Positions 8,284 to 17,001 of a stretch of DNA of 64,000 nucleotides are shown piece after piece. The translations under genes and the position numbers were made by a program. Each line of letters opens with the position of its first letter. Position 1 is the stretch's first letter. Source of the DNA: an uncultured bacterium. GTDB lineage: Bacteria; Chloroflexota; UBA5177; JANWHV01. The DNA lies in the NCBI GenBank assembly GCA_963827235.1, contig CAWHAE010000010.1:896001-960000 (forward strand), written 5' to 3'. The notes under the pieces were generated by a model. The model made no database searches. It was not told the DNA's origin and saw only the letters and a program-made list of their open reading frames with translations.

Positions 8284-10197
8284 CTAGCTCGATGAGCTCG
8301 AGCTAGAGCTGCTCGAGCTGGTCCAGTTGCTGAGAATTGACTGCTCGGCGGACAGATTGCTGAGCGCGGTGGACATAGCCGAGAACTCCTCCGTCAGGGT
8401 GGCACGCTTCGTGGTAAGCATCGTCTGCAGCAGCGTGACCTGGCTCTGAAGGCTAGTGATGTCCGCGTTGGTGGTCGTCTTCTCCTCGGCAAAGGGGCCG
8501 GTGACCGCGTTGTTTTCCGTTGTCAGAAACGTGTTGAGCTGGACGGCAATGCCGCTATAGCCGTTTACCGAGCTGGTGCCACTGAACAGCGACGCCACCA
8601 GGTCGGGATTGGCTGCCAGGGCAGTAGCAAACGTCGTGGTGTCGAACTCCACGGAGTTGGTCGTACCCGGCGTGCTGCCCACGGCTCCCGTGGTGATGCC
8701 GACATCCTGGAGCGACTGATATGCGCCCGAGCTGGTCACCTGACCCAGGATTGTGGTCAGCATCTGGTTGTCCAGGTTGGCAAGTGTCGGATCGCCGAAC
8801 AGGTCGCCGTAGCTTCCGCTGCTGTCCTTCGACTGCGTTGCGGTCACGTCGGTTATCACCTTGTCGAGCGCGGTGACAAACGTCTGGACGTTGTTCGTGA
8901 TGGTGGTCGTGTCCGCGCCCACCGTGACCGTGGCCGGGCTACCCGTTGCCGTCTTCGCTACCGCCGTGACCGTCAAGCCCGACACCACGTTCTTGAACGT
9001 ATTGCTGGAAGAGGTCAGCGTCGTGGACCCGTTGACGGTGATACTGGCATTCGAGCCGAGTGTCTCCGCCGAGGTCGTACCAGGATCCAGGTTCATTGCG
9101 GCCAGGAAGTTGCCGGACGTGTCCGCCAGACTGATCGCCGCCTGGCCGGTGGCGCTGTTCGATATCACCAGCTTGTCGTTCACGCTATCGTAGGAAGCCA
9201 CCACCCCGGCGCTCGAGGTGTTGATCGCGTCGATGATGTCGGTCAGGCTCTGCGTGCTGGAGTTCCAACTAATCGATGTGCCGTTGATGGTAAATGTGCC
9301 CGAGTTAGTGGAATCGCCTGAGGAATCGGTGCCGCCGGTCAGTGTGGTGGCGAGCCCGGCATTGGCCAATGTGCTGGAAGTCGACGTCTGAGTCACGGTC
9401 GACGAGCTGCTCAGACTGAGGCTGCCATCACTGCCGGTGCTGCCATTCACCGTAGACAGGTTCATCAGCGAGAGGAAATTGGACGTGTCGCCGGTCGCTC
9501 CGAAGGAGATGGTGTGTGTCGTGCTGCTGTCACCGCTGATGCTGACCGTCACCTTGTTGTTGCTCACCCCCACCGAGACCGTGGCGCTCGAGTCGTTGAT
9601 GCCGTTCCCGATTGCCGTTTGTAGGGATGAGAGTATGCCGCCGGTGCCGGTCAGAGTCTGCGACGTGGCTACGCTCACGGACTCTACCGTGCCGTCGACG
9701 ACGACGCTGAAGGTGCCGGCGGTCGGCGTAGCCGACAGGTTGAGGGCACTCAGCTCGGTGTCGGAGGCTTGCGAGTCCAGCGTCTTGCTGACACTGGCCG
9801 TGGAAGTGGCGCTCGTGGCCGTGGCCACGCTGTTGACGGCGACAGTGTAAGTCCCGGCCTTGGTCTGAGGCCCCGCGCTCGCGGTCACCTCAGAGGTATC
9901 CGACGAAGTGGCGGACTTGGCCTGCGTATTGCTCTGCAGCGTGAGCGCGAAGGTGGCGGTCTGGAGCGCAGTCATATCGCTCGCGATCGTCGCGTAGGTG
10001 CTCTGATCCGACTGGATGGCCGTGATCTTACTCTGCAGCGTGGTGACCTGCGTCGAGTCCGCGTCGATCAGCGCGTTGATCACTGTATTCGGATCGAAAG
10101 GCGTGGACGTGAGTGATTCGATGTAGCTAAGGTAGTCTATCGAGCTGCTCGAGCTACCGCTCGTGCTGCTGGTCGACGTCGTGCTTGACGTTGACAC
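8284..10197 (-). CDS. fliD: Flagellar filament cap protein FliD
   Basis: FliD_N-like start (D.N.VI.ALI.A), AGTYTVAV..VAT, ASITVNG...TSSSNTF.NVV.GLT, C-terminal coiled coil L..EFSAM..ALS.L; SD GGAGG then GTG at 10197. Confidence 0.93.
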   Translation of the reverse strand: MSTSSTTSTSSTSGSSSSSIDYLSYIESLTSTPFDPNTVINALIDADSTQVTTLQSKITAIQSDQSTYATIASDMTALQTATFALTLQSNTQAKSATSSDTSEVTASAGPQTKAGTYTVAVNSVATATSATSTASVSKTLDSQASDTELSALNLSATPTAGTFSVVVDGTVESVSVATSQTLTGTGGILSSLQTAIGNGINDSSATVSVGVSNNKVTVSISGDSSTTHTISFGATGDTSNFLSLMNLSTVNGSTGSDGSLSLSSSSTVTQTSTSSTLANAGLATTLTGGTDSSGDSTNSGTFTINGTSISWNSSTQSLTDIIDAINTSSAGVVASYDSVNDKLVISNSATGQAAISLADTSGNFLAAMNLDPGTTSAETLGSNASITVNGSTTLTSSSNTFKNVVSGLTVTAVAKTATGSPATVTVGADTTTITNNVQTFVTALDKVITDVTATQSKDSSGSYGDLFGDPTLANLDNQMLTTILGQVTSSGAYQSLQDVGITTGAVGSTPGTTNSVEFDTTTFATALAANPDLVASLFSGTSSVNGYSGIAVQLNTFLTTENNAVTGPFAEEKTTTNADITSLQSQVTLLQTMLTTKRATLTEEFSAMSTALSNLSAEQSILSNWTSSSSSSSSSSS

Positions 10198-10365
10198 GTC
10201 CAACCTCCGGTCCCCACCACTGCGCGCGATCCGCGAGACACACGGTCTCCGGTCATTTCATACGTGCCTGACTCGTTCCCGCCACAGTATAGTCTCGCCC
10301 GCGGCACGAGCCGCAACCCTGAGCCTAGCGAGCACCCGCCGGTTCGTCGCCACCGGATGTGCTGT

Positions 10366-10439
10366 GGCCCATGCGGGTGAGAGGTCGTCTCGCCCGCATG
10401 GGCCGCGCATGAGCTCGCCGTCTCGGTGCGCTCACGCGC
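10366..10439 (-). terminator. Double stem-loop downstream of flagellin copy 1 (terminator or 3' stabiliser)
   Basis: GGCCCATGCGGGTGAGA-5nt-TCTCGCCCGCATGGGCC adjacent to GCGCATGAGC...GCTCACGCGC; no U-tract. Confidence 0.7.
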
Positions 10440-10455
10440 GCATCAAACCGATGGA

Positions 10456-11736
10456 TTACTGGAGCAGCTTCAGGACGCTCTGCGGAGCGCTGTTGGCCTG
10501 CGCCAACATAGCCGTGGAGGACTGCTGCAGGATCTGGGCCGTGGCCAGAGCCGTGGACTCCTCCGCCATGTTGACGTTGGTGATGGCGCTGTACGCCGAG
10601 GTCATGTTCTCGGAGCCGATCTGCAGGTTGCTGATTGCCTCCGTGAGACGGTTCTGCACGGCGCCGAGCGCAGCCGACTGCGTCGAGACCTGTTGGATGG
10701 CGGCATCGATCACGCTGATCGCGCCGTTCGCCGCGGTCTGGGTCGAGATGTTCAGGGCACCGGTCGTCTCCGCGGCGGTGGTCAGGTTGCCGCCCGCGTT
10801 GTAGACGGCCGCCTGGTTGCCTGTGCCCACGGCGGAGACGCCCAGGGAGTAGGAGTCCATGGCGCTGATGCCGACTTCGAGGCTCTGGCTGGAGTTGGCG
10901 CCAACCTGCAACGTCACGCCACCGGTGGTGGTCGGTCCCTGCGTAGCGTTGGCGACCGTGAAGCTCACGGTCCCACCGACCGTCGGGTTGACGTTGTTGG
11001 TGCCGCTATCCAACGTGATGGTAAGCCCGAAGTTGGTGGCCGCAGTCGTATTGGTCAGGGTGTACGAAGCCGTGCCGTCGGCGCTGGACGTGGCCGCCGT
11101 CGACGCTGCCGTGAGATCGTACCTGGTGCCGTTGATGCTGACCGAGCCGGCGTTGGGGCCGTTGGTCAGACTGTTGATCTCCACCGAGTACGTGCCGTTG
11201 GCAAGCGCCCCGGTACTCGAGGCTACAGTCGCCGTGGTCGTGGACCCCAGACCATTGGTGGTAACGCTGGTGGCCGCGATCGTGGCGCCGGTATACGTCG
11301 TGGTCGTTCCCTGCGCGCCATCAAGCAGATTCTTGGTGTTGAACTGCGTGGTGTTGGCAATCTGCGTGATTTCCTGCGAGATCTGGTCTGCCTCGGACTG
11401 CAATGCCTGGCGGTCCGAGCTGGTGTTCGTATCGTTGGAAGACTGTACAGCCAGCTGGCGCAAGCGCTGCAACAGGCTCTGCGTGGTCTGCAGACCGCCG
11501 GTCGCGGTCTGGATCATGGAGATGCCATCCTGGGCGTTGGACTGCGCCTGGTCGAGGCCCGTGCTCTGAGCCTGCAGCTTGTTGCTGATCGCATACCCGG
11601 CCGCGTCGTCGGCAGCGCTGTTGATACGCTTGCCGCTGGAGAGACGCTGCATGGCCGTGGTGAACATGCTCTGCGCCGTGGTCAGGTTCCTCAGGGTATC
11701 CTGTGCTTCGACGTTGTTGTTGATCTTGAGGCCCAT
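10456..11736 (-). CDS. fliC: Flagellin (copy 1)
   Basis: RLSSGKRINSAADDAAG, NAQDGISMIQTA, LQVGAN, LGAVQNRL, AQAN..PQ.VLKLL. Confidence 0.98.
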   Translation of the reverse strand: MGLKINNNVEAQDTLRNLTTAQSMFTTAMQRLSSGKRINSAADDAAGYAISNKLQAQSTGLDQAQSNAQDGISMIQTATGGLQTTQSLLQRLRQLAVQSSNDTNTSSDRQALQSEADQISQEITQIANTTQFNTKNLLDGAQGTTTTYTGATIAATSVTTNGLGSTTTATVASSTGALANGTYSVEINSLTNGPNAGSVSINGTRYDLTAASTAATSSADGTASYTLTNTTAATNFGLTITLDSGTNNVNPTVGGTVSFTVANATQGPTTTGGVTLQVGANSSQSLEVGISAMDSYSLGVSAVGTGNQAAVYNAGGNLTTAAETTGALNISTQTAANGAISVIDAAIQQVSTQSAALGAVQNRLTEAISNLQIGSENMTSAYSAITNVNMAEESTALATAQILQQSSTAMLAQANSAPQSVLKLLQ

Positions 11737-11862
11737 TGCCTTCTCCCTGTCGCGAATCGCGAGTGCGTCCGAGCTCCCGCGTTGCGGTCCATCCAGCTCA
11801 GGCTCTGAAGCCGCTGCTCGGCCGTAGCTGCGCCCAGAGATCCTTCTGCTGGCCTGAATGAG

Positions 11863-11889
11863 TATTCGGCACGGGCGAGAACATCTTGA
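11863..11889 (-). promoter_or_regulatory. sigma28 promoter of flagellin copy 1
   Basis: Minus strand TCAA-N15-GCCGAATA. Confidence 0.8.
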
Positions 11890-12368
11890 GTAGCTTTCCG
11901 GAAACTAGCCGAATATTCCTAGGCACGCCGACGAATGGGCTAGGTCGCTTGCCACAACGGTGGTACAAGTCTGTATGTCCTCGCCACCTATCCATGCCGG
12001 GTCGGCGCTACGTAGCCGACGCTTGGACCGCCTATGAGCCGTACATCGTTCGGCCTCTAGGTTGCGCGAGCTCGCAGCGGGCCGCTGCCGAGCAGCAGCG
12101 TTTGTCGGCCGCTCGGTTCCACCTGTCCGCCGACCGGGGCACAGCTGCGGCGAAGCCAACGGCGGTGTGAGCCACCGCAACGGCCCTGATGGAGCATTCG
12201 GTATCTGTGGCATGGTTTTCTGCGTGCGCGAAAGCGAGTTAAAACCCGCGACTTGGCGAGGAAATGAGGCTCCCCGTGCCAAGGTGCGAGCTAGCAGATA
12301 CGTGAACTACTTGGCGGCTGCACCACGTAGCATGCAGGCAGGATGCCTACGGACGCTTCAAGGTGGAT

Positions 12369-12553
12369 ATGACGTCGCCGAAGCGCGCCGGCTCCACTAC
12401 ACCGTCGCGAAACGGGCTCTGCCCGCGCGCCGGAGGTTACAAGCATACGTACTGTTGCCTGCACAGCGGGCGGCTGTCGCGTCATCCAGTCGAGCCGCAT
12501 GGGGCATCACAAGCCCGCCCTTCGCAGGCCGGCCAGGCGCACGCCCCGCAAGG
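12369..12553 (+). pseudogene. Degenerate remnant of the 5' (SEC-C) end of the TPR glycosyltransferase
   Basis: KRAGSTTPSRNGLCPRAGGYKHTYCCL...EPHG..ARPS.AGQA matches KRAGPTTPSRNGLCPCGSGRKYKHCCL...EPHG..ARPSDAGQA; similarity stops at the duplication junction. Confidence 0.85.
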
Positions 12554-12581
12554 TGGGCGACGTCGCCACCAGATGCGCGAA

Positions 12582-12655
12582 GGCCCACGCGGACGAGAGG
12601 TCGTCTCGCCCGCGTGGGCCGCGCATGAGCTCGCCGTCTCGGTGCGCTCATGCGC
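12582..12655 (-). terminator. Double stem-loop downstream of flagellin copy 2
   Basis: GGCCCACGCGGACGAGA-5nt-TCTCGCCCGCGTGGGCC plus GCGCATGAGC...GCTCATGCGC. Confidence 0.7.
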
Positions 12656-12671
12656 GCATCAAACCGATGGA

Positions 12672-13952
12672 TTACTGGAGCAGCTTCAGGACGCCCTGAG
12701 GAGCACTGTTGGCCTGCGCCAACATAGCCGTGGAGGACTGCTGCAGGATCTGGGCCGTGGCCAGAGCCGTGGACTCCTCTGCCATGTTGACGTCGGTGAT
12801 GGCGCTGTACGCCGAGGTCATGTTCTCGGAGCCGATCTGCAGGTTGCTGATTGCCTCCGTGAGACGGTTCTGCACGGCGCCGAGCGCAGCCGACTGCGTC
12901 GAGACCTGTTGGATGGCGGCATCGATCACGCTGATGGCACCGTTCGCCGCGGTCTGGGTCGAGATATCCAGCGCGCCGGTCGTCTCCGCGGCGGTGGTCA
13001 GGTTGCCGCCCGCGTTGTAGACGGCCGCCTGGTTGCCTGTGCCCACGGCGGAGACGCCCAGGGAGTAGGAGTCCATGGCGCTGATGCCGACTTCGAGGCT
13101 CTGGCTGGAGTTGGCGCCAACCTGCAGCGTCACGCCACCGGTCGTGACCGGACCCTGCGTGGCGTTGGCGACCGTGAAGCTCACGGTCCCACCGACCGTC
13201 GGGTTGACGTTGTTGGTGCCGCTATCCAACGTGATGGTAAGCCCGAAGTTGGTGGCCGCAGTCGCATTGGTCAGGGTGTAGGAGGCCGTGCCGTCGGTGC
13301 TGGACGTGGCCGCCGTCGACGCTGCCGTGAGATCGTACCTGGTGCCATTGATGCTGACCGAGCCGGCGTTGGCGCCGTTGGTCAGGCTGTTGATCTCCAC
13401 CGAGTAGGAGCCGTTGGCGAGCGCCCCGGTACTCGAGGCTACAGTCGCCGTGGTCGTCGCGCCGAGACCGCTGGTCGTAATGCTATTGCCGTTGATCGTA
13501 CCGCCGCTATACGTCGTGCTGGTGTCCTGCGCGCCGTCAAGCAGATTCTTGGTGTTGAACTGCGTGGTGTTGGCAATCTGCGTGATTTCCTGCGAGATCT
13601 GGTCTGCCTCGGACTGCAATGCCTGGCGGTCCGAGCTGGTGTTCGTATCGTTGGAAGACTGTACAGCCAGCTGGCGCAGGCGCTGCAACAGGCTCTGCGT
13701 GGTCTGCAGACCGCCGGTCGCGGTCTGGATCATGGAGATGCCATCCTGGGCGTTGGACTGCGCCTGGTCGAGGCCCGTGCTCTGTGACTGGAGCTTGTTG
13801 CTGATCGCATACCCGGCCGCGTCGTCGGCAGCGCTGTTGATACGCTTGCCGCTGGAGAGACGCTGCATGGCCGTGGTGAACATGCTCTGCGCCGTGGTCA
13901 GGTTCCTGAGGGTATCCTGCGCCTCGACGTTGTTGTTGATCTTGAGTCCCAT
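12672..13952 (-). CDS. fliC: Flagellin (copy 2)
   Basis: 426 aa, nearly identical to copy 1, conserved flagellin N- and C-terminal motifs. Confidence 0.98.
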   Translation of the reverse strand: MGLKINNNVEAQDTLRNLTTAQSMFTTAMQRLSSGKRINSAADDAAGYAISNKLQSQSTGLDQAQSNAQDGISMIQTATGGLQTTQSLLQRLRQLAVQSSNDTNTSSDRQALQSEADQISQEITQIANTTQFNTKNLLDGAQDTSTTYSGGTINGNSITTSGLGATTTATVASSTGALANGSYSVEINSLTNGANAGSVSINGTRYDLTAASTAATSSTDGTASYTLTNATAATNFGLTITLDSGTNNVNPTVGGTVSFTVANATQGPVTTGGVTLQVGANSSQSLEVGISAMDSYSLGVSAVGTGNQAAVYNAGGNLTTAAETTGALDISTQTAANGAISVIDAAIQQVSTQSAALGAVQNRLTEAISNLQIGSENMTSAYSAITDVNMAEESTALATAQILQQSSTAMLAQANSAPQGVLKLLQ

Positions 13953-14078
13953 TGCCTTCTCCCTGTCGCGAATCGCGAGTGCTTCCGAGCTCCCGCGTTG
14001 CGGTCCATCCAGCCCTGACTCTATTGCCGCTGTTCGTCTGTAGCTGCACCCAGAGATTCTTCTGCTGGCACGAATGAG

Positions 14079-14105
14079 GTTTCGGCACGGGCGAGAACAT
14101 CTTTA
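14079..14105 (-). promoter_or_regulatory. sigma28 promoter of flagellin copy 2
   Basis: Minus strand CCACTAAA-N15-GCCGAAAC. Confidence 0.82.
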
Positions 14106-14568
14106 GTGGCTACCCGGGAACTAGCCAAATCTTCCTATGCACGCCGACAAATGGGCTATTACTACAGTGACACCTAGCTCAGCGCCTCTGGGCACGTGTC
14201 ACCAAAGGTAGGCGTGGTGTCGGCTCTGTCCAGAGGCAGCCATGAAGCCGAATCCAGAAATGTCGCCATAGTTACTAGCGCGCGTGCCACAACTGTGGTG
14301 CGAGGCTGCCAGTGCCGGCTTCTGATCCGTGCCAACCCGGCGCTACACTGCCTACGGTTGGAGCGCCTGTGAGCCATACAAAGTTTAGCCGCCGTGTTAC
14401 TCGAGATTGCGGCCGGACGTGGCCGCAGGGCACTGTTTGCCGGTTGCTGATTCCACCCGCACGAACACTCGGGCATCGCCGCCGCGCAGTCAGCGCCGGG
14501 GCGACTCACGTGCGATGGCCCTAGCGAACAGGCAAGGCATCTCCGCAAGCTGCAAGAGGAACACGCCA

Positions 14569-16683
14569 TTGTTGAAGCGCGCCGGTCCCACTACACCGTC
14601 GCGGAATGGGCTCTGCCCGTGCGGCAGCGGCCGAAAGTACAAGCACTGCTGCCTTCGCACCCAGAGGTTCGCGAATCCGCCGTCCGAGCCGCATGGGGCG
14701 CCACCGGCGCGACCTTCGGACGCCGGCCAGGCTCGCACCCTGCAGGATGCGCGAGAGGTGGAGGGAAGCGGCGGGCACGATCCGGCGGCACAGGCGGAGG
14801 CGGCAGACCTGCATCGCCTGGGCGTAGCAGCACTGGCCGACGGCCACAATAATCGCGCCGCCGAGCTGATCAGCCGGGCGATCGAGCTCGACGCCGAAGT
14901 GCCTTCATTCTATGACGACCTGGCCGCCACGCTGACTGACACGGATAGCCTCGCGCCTGCCACGGTAAGCCGCCTGCGGCGGGCTTGGCCCCGTGACGCG
15001 CTGGTACAACAGTTGGCCGCCAACGCACTCTTCCAGTGGGGGGACCTTCGTGGCGCCCGGGACGCCTGTCGAGCTGCACTCGCAATCCATCCGGGCGACA
15101 GTTCCGTGCTGCAGACGCTTGCCTTTGCGCTCGGCGAGCTGGGCGAGAACGAAGAAGCCGTGGTCGCCTATCGCAGCGCCCTGGCCGCCGATGCGGGTAA
15201 TGCCACTCTCTACCACAATCTGGGCGACTGTCTCCGGCAGCTCGGCAAGCTCGACGAGGCGCAGGCTGCTCTCGAGCAGGCCGTGTGTCTGGCACCCGAG
15301 AATGCCAAGTCGCAGCTCAACCTGGCACACGTGCAGCAGATGCTCTGCGACTGGCGGGGCATCGAGGAACGGTGGGCCGCGGTTCGGGCCGCGCTGGCCT
15401 GCGGCACGGCGCTGAACCCGTTCTTTCTGCTCAGCGTTCCCACCACCGCGCGAGAACAACTGCTATCCGCGCGAGCCTGGGCAGCGGAGCGGTTCGGCCA
15501 GCCCGGACCCGGTGACCAGATGATCTCGAGCGCGCGTCCGCCTGGACCCCGTGAGAGGCTGCATGTCGGCTACCTCTCATCGGATCTCCGCGATCATGCC
15601 GTCGCGCGCCTGATCGCCGAGGTGTTCGAGCTTCACGACAGATCGGCGTTTGCTATAAGCGCCTACTCGATAGGCCCCGACGATCGCAGCCCGCTTCGCC
15701 GGCGATTGATCGAAGGCGTGGATCACTTCGTCGACCTCTACCACGCGTCACGCGCTGAAGCCGCCAAGCGCTTTGAGGACGATGCTGTCGACATACTGGT
15801 CGATCTCAACGGGCACACGGCGAGGAACCGCGCAGACATCCTCGCCATGCGGCCGGCGCCAATCCAGGTCAGCTACTGGGGCTATCCCGGCACCACCGGC
15901 GCTCCTTTCATCGACTACGCTATCGCCGACCGATTCGTCGTGCCCGAGTGGCAACGGGACAGTTTCAGCGAGCGCCTGGCTTACATGCCTCACTGCTACA
16001 TGCCGAACGACCGCAAGCGACCGATCGCCGCCGGCATCCTCACACGAACGGAGCACGGGCTGCCCGAGAGTGGCTTCGTGTTCTGCGCATTCAATCACGT
16101 GATGAAGCTCACGCCTGAGGTGTTCGCGACATGGATGCGCGTGCTCACTGCTACACCCGGCAGCGTGCTGTGGTTGCTGGAGACGAACCGCTGGCCCGGT
16201 CCGAACCTTCGGAGCGAAGCAGAACGTGCCGGCGTCGACCCGCGGCGGCTTATCTTCGGACCGGCATTGCCATTGCCTGAGCACCTGGCTCGCCATCGCC
16301 TGGCCGACCTGTTTCTGGATACGCTGCCGTACAACGGTCACACCACGACGAGCGATGCGCTATGGACCGGGTTGCCGGTGCTTACCTGCAGCGGAGAGGC
16401 GTTCGCCTCGCGCGTGGCAGGAAGCGCCCTCTACGCGGCGGGACTGCCCGAGCTTGTGACAAGCTCGCTGGCGGACTACGAGGCGCAGGCTGTCGGGCTG
16501 GCGCGCGATCCCACCCACCTTCACGAGCTCCGTGAGCGCCTGATGGATAACCGCGAGACCGCGCCGCTGTTCGACTGCCGGTGCTATACCCGCGACCTCG
16601 AAGCGCTCTATGCACGCATGTGGGATGACTACTGCCGGGCGTCCGGCGCGAGAGGGATTGACCGCACGCCGCTGAGCGCATGA
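14569..16683 (+). CDS. SEC-C + TPR + SPINDLY/OGT-like (GT41) protein glycosyltransferase
   Basis: SEC-C RNGLCPCGSGRKYKHCC; TPRs; GT41 motifs VGYLSSDLRDHAV, DILVDLNGHT, RPAPIQVSYWGYPGTTG, FCAFN..KLTP, DLFLDTLPYNGHTT, FASRVAGS; TTG start after GAGGA (uncertain). Confidence 0.92.
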   Translation: MLKRAGPTTPSRNGLCPCGSGRKYKHCCLRTQRFANPPSEPHGAPPARPSDAGQARTLQDAREVEGSGGHDPAAQAEAADLHRLGVAALADGHNNRAAELISRAIELDAEVPSFYDDLAATLTDTDSLAPATVSRLRRAWPRDALVQQLAANALFQWGDLRGARDACRAALAIHPGDSSVLQTLAFALGELGENEEAVVAYRSALAADAGNATLYHNLGDCLRQLGKLDEAQAALEQAVCLAPENAKSQLNLAHVQQMLCDWRGIEERWAAVRAALACGTALNPFFLLSVPTTAREQLLSARAWAAERFGQPGPGDQMISSARPPGPRERLHVGYLSSDLRDHAVARLIAEVFELHDRSAFAISAYSIGPDDRSPLRRRLIEGVDHFVDLYHASRAEAAKRFEDDAVDILVDLNGHTARNRADILAMRPAPIQVSYWGYPGTTGAPFIDYAIADRFVVPEWQRDSFSERLAYMPHCYMPNDRKRPIAAGILTRTEHGLPESGFVFCAFNHVMKLTPEVFATWMRVLTATPGSVLWLLETNRWPGPNLRSEAERAGVDPRRLIFGPALPLPEHLARHRLADLFLDTLPYNGHTTTSDALWTGLPVLTCSGEAFASRVAGSALYAAGLPELVTSSLADYEAQAVGLARDPTHLHELRERLMDNRETAPLFDCRCYTRDLEALYARMWDDYCRASGARGIDRTPLSA

Positions 16684-17001
16684 GGTAGTCGAAGCGCTGC
16701 CCCGGCCCGAGTCTCAGACCGTGGCCGGCGGCAGATCCGGCTTCGCGGGCACGCAGCCCAGCACGGCGCATCCGATGCAGCGACGTCGTGGTCAGGCGCA
16801 GAGTATTTCGCCCGCGGCTGGGCACGGCAGACCGCGTCTCCGCTTTGGCTGCAGGGCCCTGGGCGCGTCGGCAGGCCCGCGGCCGAGCATGCCGCTGGAG
16901 GGTGCTTCTTGAATACGCGCCATCCAGCGCCGTTGCCGCGCCGGCGACACGCTCGCCGGGCCGAACCTGCCGGACCGAGTGTGCCGCCGGCACGACGATC
17001 G

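Larger units (their letters stand above)
10345..12553. repeat. Copy 1 of a ~2.2 kb tandem duplication (3' hairpins + fliC + promoter + intergenic + 5' end of TPR gene)
   Basis: Aligns by eye with 12561-14747; fliC copies are offset by exactly 2216 bp. Confidence 0.9.
12561..14747. repeat. Copy 2 of the ~2.2 kb tandem duplication
   Basis: See copy 1; contains an extra ~115 bp segment at about 14159-14277. Confidence 0.9.

Noticed and set aside
12363-13787. 474-aa plus-strand ORF starting with a SEC-C-like segment and running antisense through fliC copy 2
   Set aside because: Only the first ~60 codons are a glycosyltransferase remnant; the rest is the antisense shadow frame of flagellin, also open opposite copy 1 (10426-11808)
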